Part shown: positions 1 to 9,623 of the stretch, piece by piece
Layout: every line of letters begins with the position of its first letter
Numbering within the stretch: the first letter of the stretch is position 1
The notes under the pieces: model-generated
Seen by the model: the letters and a program-made list of their open reading frames with translations, nothing else
The model's database searches: none
What the model was told of the DNA's origin: nothing
Virus record (IMG/VR): IMGVR_UViG_3300032225_002661
Coordinates: 1 to 44,877 of that record
Strand: one strand, 5' to 3'
DNA: 44,877 nucleotides
Origin: a virus
Taxonomy: Duplodnaviria; Caudoviricetes
Program-made: the position numbers and the translations under genes

Positions 1-1161
1 AGCAAAACCAACTTGACTGTAATCTGGCACCAAAGGATCAAATTGAACATATCCTGCTGTTGCTGCATCAACACCAGGACCAATAGACATAGCATATCCC
101 GCTCTATCAACTACTCCTTGAGCGTATCCAGCGTATTTTGCTGCATCGGCGTACCCAATTTGAGGTTGGACTGGACCAATAAGATTAGGATCAATAAATA
201 TATATCCCGCAGTTTTTGCCGTAGCGTTTGGGGGAGTAGTCATTACGTAACCCGCAGAACCCGCAGAGTGAGCGTATCCAGCGTAGGATGCCCAATCTAC
301 GTAACCAGCAGTAGCAGCAAATCCAGCGATTGTCGTTCCTTCTTTTAAGAATAAATTAGTTGTGCCTAAATATTTACCGACAAGAGTTCCTCCCATTCTT
401 ATTTCAGAAAATCCTGCCCATGAAAAAGGCCCCAAAGAATTAGTGTTTAAATTGATAGTTTTTCCGTGGGTTTGATCAGAATAAGCTATCCCACCATCAT
501 ATAAACCTACTCCAAAATAGAAACCAGCATTTTGTATGTGAATCCCCCAAGGAGATAATATTCCTTGATTTGATTGACCATTTCCATCCTGCAGAAATAC
601 TCTTGGAGAATAATCAGCTGTTAATGAAGCTCTATTACTACCTGATTTCAAATCAACATACGAACTATTCCCTGCTACCGACCCAATTGCTGCTTTAGCA
701 TTTCCGCATCTAATCAAAAGTCCTTGGTCCATGTTGTCTGCTAGCAAAACTGCGCTAGCTTGAGAGGACCAAACACTAAGAGAAGAAGCCCCCAGAAAAC
801 CTTGAAGACCAAAAGTGATACCATTATTTCCAGAATAGTAATATAATTCATTCTTGCTAATGCCAAAATTTGTTTCTTTAATTTGAAAATAAAATTGTTC
901 TAAATTAGCTCCCAATTCCCAAGCGTTATTAGTATCTTTTATATAAAAGAAATGCTCATAAAATCCTGCGGCTGGTTGGATTGATGGCCCTAAATTAAAT
1001 AATACTCCTTTAACTCGACAATCAGAATTACCAACACTTAAATAACTTTCGAAAATATTATTGAGGACTTTTACCGTATTTGGATCATTGACAAAAGTTC
1101 CAGCTCGTCCTTTGACTTGGTTATTATCTAATGGCTGAAATGATATAGCAAGATTTGACAT
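1..1161 (-). CDS. Tail fibre/receptor-binding-like virion protein with AGY/YAG repeats (3' end beyond window; absent from ORF track)
   Basis: Manual translation from ATG at 1161 (MSNLAISFQPLDNNQVKG...) is open to position 1 (387 codons). It is beta-rich, then repetitive (AGFAATAGYVDWASYAGYAHSAGSAGY...AKYAGYAQG...RAGYA...TAGY). It lies 3 nt after the stop of 1165..2301. Confidence 0.8.
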   Translation of the reverse strand, partial: MSNLAISFQPLDNNQVKGRAGTFVNDPNTVKVLNNIFESYLSVGNSDCRVKGVLFNLGPSIQPAAGFYEHFFYIKDTNNAWELGANLEQFYFQIKETNFGISKNELYYYSGNNGITFGLQGFLGASSLSVWSSQASAVLLADNMDQGLLIRCGNAKAAIGSVAGNSSYVDLKSGSNRASLTADYSPRVFLQDGNGQSNQGILSPWGIHIQNAGFYFGVGLYDGGIAYSDQTHGKTINLNTNSLGPFSWAGFSEIRMGGTLVGKYLGTTNLFLKEGTTIAGFAATAGYVDWASYAGYAHSAGSAGYVMTTPPNATAKTAGYIFIDPNLIGPVQPQIGYADAAKYAGYAQGVVDRAGYAMSIGPGVDAATAGYVQFDPLVPDYSQVGFA

Positions 1162-1164
1162 AAT

Positions 1165-2301
1165 TTATGTTCCGTAAGTAATTGCGCAAAGGTTAGATTT
1201 TTGTAAATTGCTTAATACAATTGGGGCGGTAGATAAAACTTTTATGTTACGGCCAGAAGCATCTTTTGCATAAATTGCATTTCCATTTGTATCATAACCT
1301 GATATAACATAATGAAATTGCGCAGTCATGCCTTGCTCTAAGTAATATGTATCTAAAAATATATATCTTTGAGAACTATTCCATAAACCGAAAAACCCAA
1401 CTCTTGTATCAAATTTTATTTGGTTTTGAGATTGACCATTGTATCCCCAAAAGCTTCCTTGATTTGGATAAAACTGAAGTGAATTATTATCGTCAAAAAG
1501 ATTTAAAGTTCCGCTTCCACTAATATCCCACCCAAAATGAGTTCGAGCGCTAGAATTATACGCCCAGATAGAAGCCTCTCTAGAGCTAACGCTCATACCA
1601 ACTCTACAATTTTGATTATTGTTTGCTACATAAAATTGTGTATAATCAACATTTGGGTGGACAGACCATTCGAGTTGATTGTAAGTAGATTGTACAAGAA
1701 ATCCTATATATCCAGTATTTAATTGTCCCATTTGAGCGTATGAAGCTCCAGAACTTGATCCATAAAATCCCGAATATCCTGTGCTTACTCCCGCTTCTAA
1801 TCTGCCATAACTTCCATCTATGCTAGCAAAACTCGTTCCATTATTTGTTACATAACCATAAAAAGATCCTTCGCTAGGATTTAATTTGCATCCTCCATGA
1901 GATATTCCGTTAACGATATAAGCGCCAAATATATTATTATAAAATTCAATTGTTCCATAACCGGAACCAGGATAATTTATTGCGCAAGTGAATTTATCAA
2001 GATACGAATCAAATTCAATAAAAGAATTGTCCCCTCCTACGGTAAAATATTTTGGAGTAAGTAACGCTTGATCATTACCTGTCAACAAATTGATATAATT
2101 TGCTTCTGCCACCTCGCTGCCGTCGAAATACTGTATAAATGATGATTTCCCAAAACTAGCAATTACTTCGTATTGCTGCAGCGCACAAGAAGCGCTCTGA
2201 CCACCAAATGAAATATAATTTTTTCTTCCACTCGTCCCAGAAAAATTTACATATTTTCCCACAAAACATGGTAAGCCGCCCTCCATTCCTGCAAAAATCA
2301 T
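1165..2301 (-). CDS. Tail tip/fibre-associated beta-rich virion protein
   Basis: 378 aa rich in G/S/N/Y/F with short beta-strand periodicity; distal tail module; TAA-T-ATG junction with the upstream gene. Confidence 0.6.
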   Translation of the reverse strand: MIFAGMEGGLPCFVGKYVNFSGTSGRKNYISFGGQSASCALQQYEVIASFGKSSFIQYFDGSEVAEANYINLLTGNDQALLTPKYFTVGGDNSFIEFDSYLDKFTCAINYPGSGYGTIEFYNNIFGAYIVNGISHGGCKLNPSEGSFYGYVTNNGTSFASIDGSYGRLEAGVSTGYSGFYGSSSGASYAQMGQLNTGYIGFLVQSTYNQLEWSVHPNVDYTQFYVANNNQNCRVGMSVSSREASIWAYNSSARTHFGWDISGSGTLNLFDDNNSLQFYPNQGSFWGYNGQSQNQIKFDTRVGFFGLWNSSQRYIFLDTYYLEQGMTAQFHYVISGYDTNGNAIYAKDASGRNIKVLSTAPIVLSNLQKSNLCAITYGT

Positions 2302-2302
2302 A

Positions 2303-5300
2303 TTAATTTACCTCCAGTTTTTTATAATTTATATTAATTACACCAGAAGGTTGGGTTGCGTTACCAGAGATCGATAGAATAGCCTCTATTGGATTAGAAT
2401 TTTTGTATTCTTTTAATTTGGTTGTTATATATAACATTGCTACGTCGGGCGGGAGAGTTCCAGTTCCATGATATTTTCCATTTACAAACTCTAAATTTTT
2501 ATATTCAATATTATTCGTATTTTTATTATAAATTCCTGTGGCTATAGAATAACTATTTTCAAAATTTATTTTGTAATTTAATGGATCATTTAAATACCCA
2601 GTCATAAGTATATTGTTATTAAAATTATATTTTTTAATCGCTGGAGTTTTGCTAATATATCCTGAGTATAAAAATCCACTTTCGTCATATCCTGTGACAA
2701 TATTATTATAATCAATAACCCCACTTATAGCGTTCCCAGATATATAAAAGTTTTTATTTTGAACATCTAGATAGTTGCCTATGATTTTATCTCCAGGGGA
2801 TATATCTCCACTTATATTATTAATATTAACTAATTTTTCTAGATATCCAGATCCAGTGATATTTTGATTAAATCTTCCAGTGCCAATAATAGTATTACTA
2901 TTAATTCTGAAATTACTGTTTACGACATTAGGATCTTTTATATATCCAGTATAATTATTATTAATGGATTTAACACCAGAATTATTCTCTAAATAATTTA
3001 TATTAATATTGAAATTGTTATTTAATCCTGTAACTAAAAATTTTCCAGAGTCTATTAAAGTATTATTTTTCACAAAAATTCCAGCGTAATCCTTAATAAA
3101 AAATCCAGTAGCGGGTATTAGACCAAATCCAGATCCAGATAAATTTGATATTGGATTTAAATTTAAATCATAATTTTGATTATCAAGATTAATGTATTTA
3201 AAATTATTTAAATTAATTTGCTCTTTTGTTTTTTGCAAAAGAACACCTGTATACAAATAACCAGAACTATTATTTATTAAAATATTTTCGATGCTTCCAG
3301 TTAATAAACCGGTATATGTAAATTCAATTTGGCTGTAATTTAAACCCGTAACACTTTTACTTAAATTAATTGAAAAATTTCCAGTTCTATTAATTGTTCT
3401 AGTATCCCAGCCAGAGTATTCGTAGCCATTTATGTTTTGAGTTCTTAATTTTGATATATCTTTTTGATAACCAGTAACATAATCAAAGTCTGTTCCATTT
3501 ATGCCTGTTTTAATAAAGTCCATTCCGCTACCAGAAATTAAAATTCCAGTCGTACCCGAAGCGATAGCAGTATCATGCATCATTCCACTTCCATACACCG
3601 TTATATATCCCACAAGCATTGCTTCTTTGGTTGTATTACAATCGCTAGATTGAAAAGTACCAGGGGGGCAATTAGTAATTTTAAAAGCACTTTTTGGGTC
3701 GAGAGTCCAATCATAAGTATATGTATGTTGATCTTGATAAGCGTTCCAATTTCCTTCATAATTCCAATTTCCACTTATAGTTAATGGATTTGGTCGATAA
3801 TATGATCTCGCAACGGAAGGATGCGACAACCAGGTTATTTCATTATCGGGGAATAGAAAATCATATCCATCTTTGGAGCCCATCGCAAAATTTCGAGCAG
3901 GAGATTCACCAAAATCTCTATGTAAAACTTGAAAAGCTATAAAATCATTTCCGATATATATAAAATCTTTATATGGTTTTTCGACCCGAATTAGAGCGTA
4001 TCCTTGTTCCCATTCAGTAAAATTAATTCCAGTTAAAGGCAAATCAATTTCCGTTTCAATGTATCCGCGTCTAAGATATGGCCGAGGTATAGGAATTGCG
4101 GCGATATTATCATAAGGTCCTCCGCCTCCAGGATTTCTGTTATACCAGCCAGACAACGCTCCAGGCTCTAATTGCCAATCATGTGGAGAAAATCCATCCG
4201 CATACAATCTAACTGGATATTTTCCGCTAAAATGACAAAACCCAGTAAAAATTTTACTAGTAGTATATATTCCAGTATCTAAAATATGCCCTGTTACTGG
4301 AGATAAATAAAAATTAGCTCCCATAGCTTTAGAGATTATTCCAGTTGCTTTTAGCAAATCATTTTCTGCTTTTCCTGTCAAATAACCAGATTCAATTATA
4401 AATCCTGATAAATTAATAATATTATCGTTTGTTGAATATCCTATTATCCCACTAATTCCAGTAATCAAATTCGCTCCAGTCGCAGAACAAGAATAATTAT
4501 AGTATACAATATTTTCTGGAGAATTTACATTGTTAACATTCCCAATAGCTTGATAAGGCACTATATCTATATAATTTGTTAATTTTTCTTCTCCATATTT
4601 ATTTTTTAAATTCGCTTCGCCAGAATTGATTAAAAATCCAGTTCCATTTATAAAGCCTGTATAATTTGAATTTATTAAACCGGTATAATTAATAATATTT
4701 CCAGAAATATTAGTATTTCTGTAATCTCCTGTTGCATCACCAAAACCTTTAAAACTAATATTTACATTTACTAATCCAGTCGCAATTTGAGGTATATTTA
4801 ATATATTAGAAACTTCTTTTGTTATAATTCTTTCGTTTAAATCTCCACTTATTTTTCCAGTTGCATTGTAAGTTATTTGATTTGAATATATCTCCCCAGC
4901 CCCAGTAACAATCCCAGAGAATTGACCAGAGTAATATCCCGTGTTTATATAATTACAATCCGCATCGCCTTCATAAATTCCAGTATAATTAATATTATTT
5001 AAATTATAAATATAATTTCCAGTGAAATAAGATCCAGTATTATAATAAAAAAATCCTGTGCCGCTGATATTATATTGGTTATTGTAACCCATACCACTTG
5101 TAATTCCAGTCAAAATTCCAAATCCTAAAATATTATTTGATAATTTAATTTGTTTTTCTTCTTGCAGGATTACTGGAGTGATATTCGAAACAAGAAAGTC
5201 GCCAAATTTTACTCCTGTAGCAACTGTTGTAGTTTTTTGATTTTCTATAAATCCACTTACGATAATTAAATCTGAATAACCAGTTTGAGTCAAAGTATTT

Positions 5301-6289
5301 ATATAGTTTGAATCATTTGTTGGGTTTCTTCCAGTAGCCTCAATGGTGATTAATTTCGATAAATATCCTTGACCCGTTATTTCTCCAGAAAAATTAATAT
5401 TAGTAATTCCCGATCCTAAAATATAAGATTGAGTATCTCCGGTATATCCTCCAGAATAAATGAGGTCTAATTCAACGTTTTTAGGATAATAAATGATCTC
5501 ATTATTTTGATTTCTCCCAGAAATAGATTCGTAAAATAATATATTATCAAAAATTATATTTTCTCCGAAATTTGCGTTTAAATTAGATTTTATTAAATTT
5601 GATCCACTAAAAATTGAATAATTAAAATTTTCTGAATATCTATTAATCAAAAGTGTTTGATTAAATTCCCCAAAATCTCCAAATAAATTTATTTCAATTG
5701 GAAAATTTTTGATTGGGATTGTTTTATTAAATCCAGAAGTTTGTATAATTATTTTACCACTTGAATTTGGCAAATAAACTCCCGTATCTAATATATTAAG
5801 TTCGAAATTATTTGGAGAATTTATTATGCCAGAATTGATATTTATGTTTTTATTAGATAGATTAGATATGTATCCAGTGAATAATCCTCCCGGATTTACT
5901 TCTTGTGGAAAAGATAATTGTAAATCTTGAAAAATTCCAAAAAATTTTAAATTATTTAAATTCAAAAAACCTTCTTGGAAATCGTAATAAAATTTATTTA
6001 TATTATTTGAAATTTTTTGTTTGTTTAAAGCTATCAAATCGTCGTTTAAGTAATAACTGTATCCTGTACTAGAAAGTTCTCCCGATAAAAATATTTTTTT
6101 TCCGCTTTCTAATGTATCTATAAAAATATTTTCTGGATCTAAAAGTTTATTGTTAATAATTTTAAAATTAAAATCTTCGAAACCAAATATACCTGTTCCA
6201 CTAGGATGACTGATGGGAATTAAATCAAAAATAAAATTTAAATTATTTTCATAATGAAGATTTAAATTTTTTTTTCCAGTTAATAACAT
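2303..6289 (-). CDS. Large tail fibre/baseplate-associated protein with [S/T]G-rich beta repeats
   Basis: 1328 aa, N/I/G/T/S-rich, about 90 SG/TG dipeptides by manual count; follows the hub-like gene. Confidence 0.65.
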   Translation of the reverse strand: MLLTGKKNLNLHYENNLNFIFDLIPISHPSGTGIFGFEDFNFKIINNKLLDPENIFIDTLESGKKIFLSGELSSTGYSYYLNDDLIALNKQKISNNINKFYYDFQEGFLNLNNLKFFGIFQDLQLSFPQEVNPGGLFTGYISNLSNKNININSGIINSPNNFELNILDTGVYLPNSSGKIIIQTSGFNKTIPIKNFPIEINLFGDFGEFNQTLLINRYSENFNYSIFSGSNLIKSNLNANFGENIIFDNILFYESISGRNQNNEIIYYPKNVELDLIYSGGYTGDTQSYILGSGITNINFSGEITGQGYLSKLITIEATGRNPTNDSNYINTLTQTGYSDLIIVSGFIENQKTTTVATGVKFGDFLVSNITPVILQEEKQIKLSNNILGFGILTGITSGMGYNNQYNISGTGFFYYNTGSYFTGNYIYNLNNINYTGIYEGDADCNYINTGYYSGQFSGIVTGAGEIYSNQITYNATGKISGDLNERIITKEVSNILNIPQIATGLVNVNISFKGFGDATGDYRNTNISGNIINYTGLINSNYTGFINGTGFLINSGEANLKNKYGEEKLTNYIDIVPYQAIGNVNNVNSPENIVYYNYSCSATGANLITGISGIIGYSTNDNIINLSGFIIESGYLTGKAENDLLKATGIISKAMGANFYLSPVTGHILDTGIYTTSKIFTGFCHFSGKYPVRLYADGFSPHDWQLEPGALSGWYNRNPGGGGPYDNIAAIPIPRPYLRRGYIETEIDLPLTGINFTEWEQGYALIRVEKPYKDFIYIGNDFIAFQVLHRDFGESPARNFAMGSKDGYDFLFPDNEITWLSHPSVARSYYRPNPLTISGNWNYEGNWNAYQDQHTYTYDWTLDPKSAFKITNCPPGTFQSSDCNTTKEAMLVGYITVYGSGMMHDTAIASGTTGILISGSGMDFIKTGINGTDFDYVTGYQKDISKLRTQNINGYEYSGWDTRTINRTGNFSINLSKSVTGLNYSQIEFTYTGLLTGSIENILINNSSGYLYTGVLLQKTKEQINLNNFKYINLDNQNYDLNLNPISNLSGSGFGLIPATGFFIKDYAGIFVKNNTLIDSGKFLVTGLNNNFNININYLENNSGVKSINNNYTGYIKDPNVVNSNFRINSNTIIGTGRFNQNITGSGYLEKLVNINNISGDISPGDKIIGNYLDVQNKNFYISGNAISGVIDYNNIVTGYDESGFLYSGYISKTPAIKKYNFNNNILMTGYLNDPLNYKINFENSYSIATGIYNKNTNNIEYKNLEFVNGKYHGTGTLPPDVAMLYITTKLKEYKNSNPIEAILSISGNATQPSGVININYKKLEVN

Positions 6290-6293
6290 ATAT

Positions 6294-8444
6294 TTAAAAC
6301 GCTAATTTTTTAACTATAACTTTACCTAAAACCGGATCTGGCTTTGGACTTTCTATCGGTCTACTATTATAAGTAACAGAAGTGAACGCCCCGTTAGAAT
6401 CTATAAGGTAAGAAAAATTAGTCAAACCGCCTAAGATAGGCACTTCTTCAATTCCGACATATTCTACAGTCAAAGATTCTGCCATGCCGTAAAATGCTCC
6501 CGCCGGGCCGCTCGCGTCACCTTTAGAAACATCAATGCTTTGAAACCTGGCTTCTTTTACGTCTTCGCTATCTAGGTCACCATTTACAATATTAGATGAA
6601 CCTTTTATAAATTTGCTAACATCTCTTTTTTTTCTTATCCATCCATAAAAAGTTGCAGTAGAAGGTAAAATTACGCCTCCATAACACCACCCCTGATTGT
6701 TGGATATTCCTTGCTGAATGCCTACCCCATTATTAGAGCATCCCCCGTTATACTGGGCGCACGGATCCGTTCCTTCTCCTCCGCACGGATCAACATTACA
6801 ATTGCTAGAATTATTTTGTTTTACTGGGTGTACGACTTCTTCATCTGGATGAGGGCATTTACTAGATTGACCGAAAGCATTTCCGTAAGGCTTTCCTGGC
6901 CAACCTACCAAAGATAATCCGTTTACTGCTCCTCCTCCTCCTGAATTTTGAGCTTGGGTAATAAAACTAAAAGCGTTAGTACTTGTTATAGGCGATCTAT
7001 TAGCAATATAATGCATGCCCCCATTTCCTCCTAGAGAAAAACTCGGCATGGGTATTAAAGAATAAACAGCGTCATATAATTGACCTATAAGAGGGACTAC
7101 AACAGCGGTGTATCTTCCAACATACCCCCCTCCTCCTTCTGTTTTATAAATTCCGACTTGTTTTTCCCAATTTCCCGCATCATCAAATGATGGATATCTA
7201 TCATAACCAATGTCTATAGAATAATTTCCTTCTTCGCATTTTTTATAATCATGCATTGATGGCACAGATGAAGCTTTATATTTTTTTCCATATAATTGCA
7301 AAGCTCCGGCTTCTCTAGCTTCCCAATAACTTCTTAATTCTGGATCAACTTTCGCAATAACCCAATGGCTATAGCCTTTAGCAAGATCCCATAACGCTTT
7401 ATCTCCTAATTTTTCAGCCGCATCTCCAATAACTCCTGAACCAATATTTTGAAATCCTCCGAATACAGTCCCTGAAAATCCTAATCTATAATACATACCT
7501 CTACCATAAGCATAATCATCTCTTAGGTCTTTGCTTATTTGAGCTAATGCAGCGCAAACAACATCTTCCGTTACATCTGGGCCTTGATAACTCAGCGTTA
7601 TTTGAGTATAATCTTCAGCAGAAAGAGACGCTGTTTGACCAGACAATATCGAAAAAGTATTTGAATTACTAGAAAACGTTCCTTCTTTAGATTTAGTTTT
7701 AGAATAAGAAGTTATTTTTGGATTATTTAAATTTATAATAGGGATACTCACCCCACTATTAATAACTTTGACGGTATTAGTCGTCCAATCAAAATACCAA
7801 GTAAGGCCTAGATCTGAACAAATACTATTTAAAACTTCTCTGACGGAGCCTACGTAAGAAAAATGACCAGCACCACTCAGCCCTGAAATACCAATTCCCG
7901 CATTCGAAACAGCACCAGAAAAATCTCTTGCAGTATAATATACATCTCTTGATTCGCATTCTAACGTAATTGGAATTTCTCCATTTATTGGTATAATACT
8001 TTCGTCACAACCTAAGCAAAATTTTTGACCGTCAGGAGACGTTTTAATTCCTACTTCTTCGCCTATAACATGAAGATTACCATATGTTCCAGTTTTGTTT
8101 GCAGCTCTTTTATATAAACCAATAACATTTCTATCTAAAATAACTGATTTGTCGCAAAAGACTAAATTTAAAATTGTTTCTCCTACTGTTTTCTCTACAG
8201 TAGATTCCAATAAATAAGCAAAATAATTACAGTTATTAATACTTAATACATAATCCTTTATTAAACTTGGTTCTGGTGGATTTGGTATATTTGGAGAATT
8301 TGGTACGATTACTCTTATATTACATTTATTTGAAGCATTAGTAAATGCAGTCTCTGCGCGGGCTGAAAAAATATATCCCCCGAAAGCTATTCCAGGAGAT
8401 CCTCCATTAATACGGATATTTGATAAATACTGTTCTATTGCCAT
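6294..8444 (-). CDS. Baseplate hub / tail tip protein (Tal/gp27-like)
   Basis: 716 aa; YVGSVREVLNSICSDLGLTWYFD resembles the conserved hub-protein helix-strand element; lies downstream of the tape measure and distal tail genes. Confidence 0.55.
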   Translation of the reverse strand: MAIEQYLSNIRINGGSPGIAFGGYIFSARAETAFTNASNKCNIRVIVPNSPNIPNPPEPSLIKDYVLSINNCNYFAYLLESTVEKTVGETILNLVFCDKSVILDRNVIGLYKRAANKTGTYGNLHVIGEEVGIKTSPDGQKFCLGCDESIIPINGEIPITLECESRDVYYTARDFSGAVSNAGIGISGLSGAGHFSYVGSVREVLNSICSDLGLTWYFDWTTNTVKVINSGVSIPIINLNNPKITSYSKTKSKEGTFSSNSNTFSILSGQTASLSAEDYTQITLSYQGPDVTEDVVCAALAQISKDLRDDYAYGRGMYYRLGFSGTVFGGFQNIGSGVIGDAAEKLGDKALWDLAKGYSHWVIAKVDPELRSYWEAREAGALQLYGKKYKASSVPSMHDYKKCEEGNYSIDIGYDRYPSFDDAGNWEKQVGIYKTEGGGGYVGRYTAVVVPLIGQLYDAVYSLIPMPSFSLGGNGGMHYIANRSPITSTNAFSFITQAQNSGGGGAVNGLSLVGWPGKPYGNAFGQSSKCPHPDEEVVHPVKQNNSSNCNVDPCGGEGTDPCAQYNGGCSNNGVGIQQGISNNQGWCYGGVILPSTATFYGWIRKKRDVSKFIKGSSNIVNGDLDSEDVKEARFQSIDVSKGDASGPAGAFYGMAESLTVEYVGIEEVPILGGLTNFSYLIDSNGAFTSVTYNSRPIESPKPDPVLGKVIVKKLAF

Positions 8445-8465
8445 AAACCTTGTGCCTCATAAAAT

Positions 8466-8472
8466 ATTACAC
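8466..8472 (-). promoter_or_regulatory. GTGTAAT motif, putative phage late promoter
   Basis: Exact GTGTAAT in the short intergenic gap, 21 nt before the ATG at 8444; the same motif precedes several other genes. Confidence 0.65.
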
Positions 8473-8477
8473 CTATA

Positions 8478-9623
8478 TTATAGACTAAATCTTTCAAAAT
8501 GATTATCAAATAATAAACTATTATTATTTTTAAAAATATTTTGGATTGCGCCTGTTTGTCCAGAGTATAAATTTATTGAAAAATTATCGTATTGATTTGT
8601 AATTTTTTGCCCAGTTATTATTTTTTCTACATTTTGTACATATTTATATTCTATTTTTTCTCCGGTTACTTGGCCCATAATTCCAGAATATAAATTTATA
8701 TGAGTATTAATATTACTATTAATATTTTTGATATTTATATTTTCTTGCACTATTTGATAATCAACTATGCCAATGTCTAATATTCCCGTTGGATTAACGT
8801 ATCCGCTTTCTTGATATAATCCAGTTAATGTTATGAAGCTTTCTTCTAAAAATTCTCCAGTTTTTTCCAATAAAAATGATATATTATATATATCATCTTT
8901 TGCTAAACTTTCATTAAATAATAAGACGTTATTGATATACCCAAAGAAACCTGTATAATTTGGACTGTCAGTCCCGCCAAAAATAAATATTTTATTTTCA
9001 GAATTAAAATTTTCATCATTAATTTTAAAATTATTTTCTGTTATTTTTTGATTAAAAAGATCTATATGATATAAATTAAAATTATTGTCCGCATAATTTA
9101 TAGCTAAAATATTATTTTGAGCCAGTTTGTTATCAAGCCCAATAGAAACTGCGCTAGATCCAGAAAAATCTGAAAATATTTTTCTTATATCATTTAACCC
9201 TACAAAAAAATATGACCCAGAAGAATTATTATAAAAATTTTTTATTTCAAACAATATTTCTCCTATGCCGTCTTTATTGTTTGAATAATTTAAAATATTT
9301 TGATATTTAATAATACATGTAAATTCTTTTGGAATAATTGGCCTAGAAGTCCTAAGGAAGTTATCGCTATCAAATTTGCCAGAACCAGAGATTATATTAG
9401 AACTTATTTTATTAAAAAATCCTGGATTATACAATCCGTTTAAATAATTATTGGTTCCATCTCCGCTAAATTGAATATTATTTTTAAAAATTTCATTTTT
9501 AATAAAATTACCTGAAAAATCAATAAAATCATAATTGACAATTAAAGAATCTTCATTTAAATGTTTATTTTTTAAATATTTTTTAACTTCTAATGAGTTC
9601 ATTTTACTTAAAAACCTTCCCAC
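8478..9623 (-). CDS. LamG/concanavalin A-like domain tail protein
   Basis: IFGG...FFGYINNVLLFNESLAKDDI matches the LamG-like C-terminal F.G.I..V.I.N..L motif; tail module. The start could be Met8 (9602). Confidence 0.6.
   Translation of the reverse strand: MGRFLSKMNSLEVKKYLKNKHLNEDSLIVNYDFIDFSGNFIKNEIFKNNIQFSGDGTNNYLNGLYNPGFFNKISSNIISGSGKFDSDNFLRTSRPIIPKEFTCIIKYQNILNYSNNKDGIGEILFEIKNFYNNSSGSYFFVGLNDIRKIFSDFSGSSAVSIGLDNKLAQNNILAINYADNNFNLYHIDLFNQKITENNFKINDENFNSENKIFIFGGTDSPNYTGFFGYINNVLLFNESLAKDDIYNISFLLEKTGEFLEESFITLTGLYQESGYVNPTGILDIGIVDYQIVQENINIKNINSNINTHINLYSGIMGQVTGEKIEYKYVQNVEKIITGQKITNQYDNFSINLYSGQTGAIQNIFKNNNSLLFDNHFERFSL

Noticed and set aside
349-1164. Apparent non-coding gap (ncRNA or recoded gene)
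   Set aside because: Manual translation shows an uninterrupted standard-code ORF from 1161 running off the window edge.
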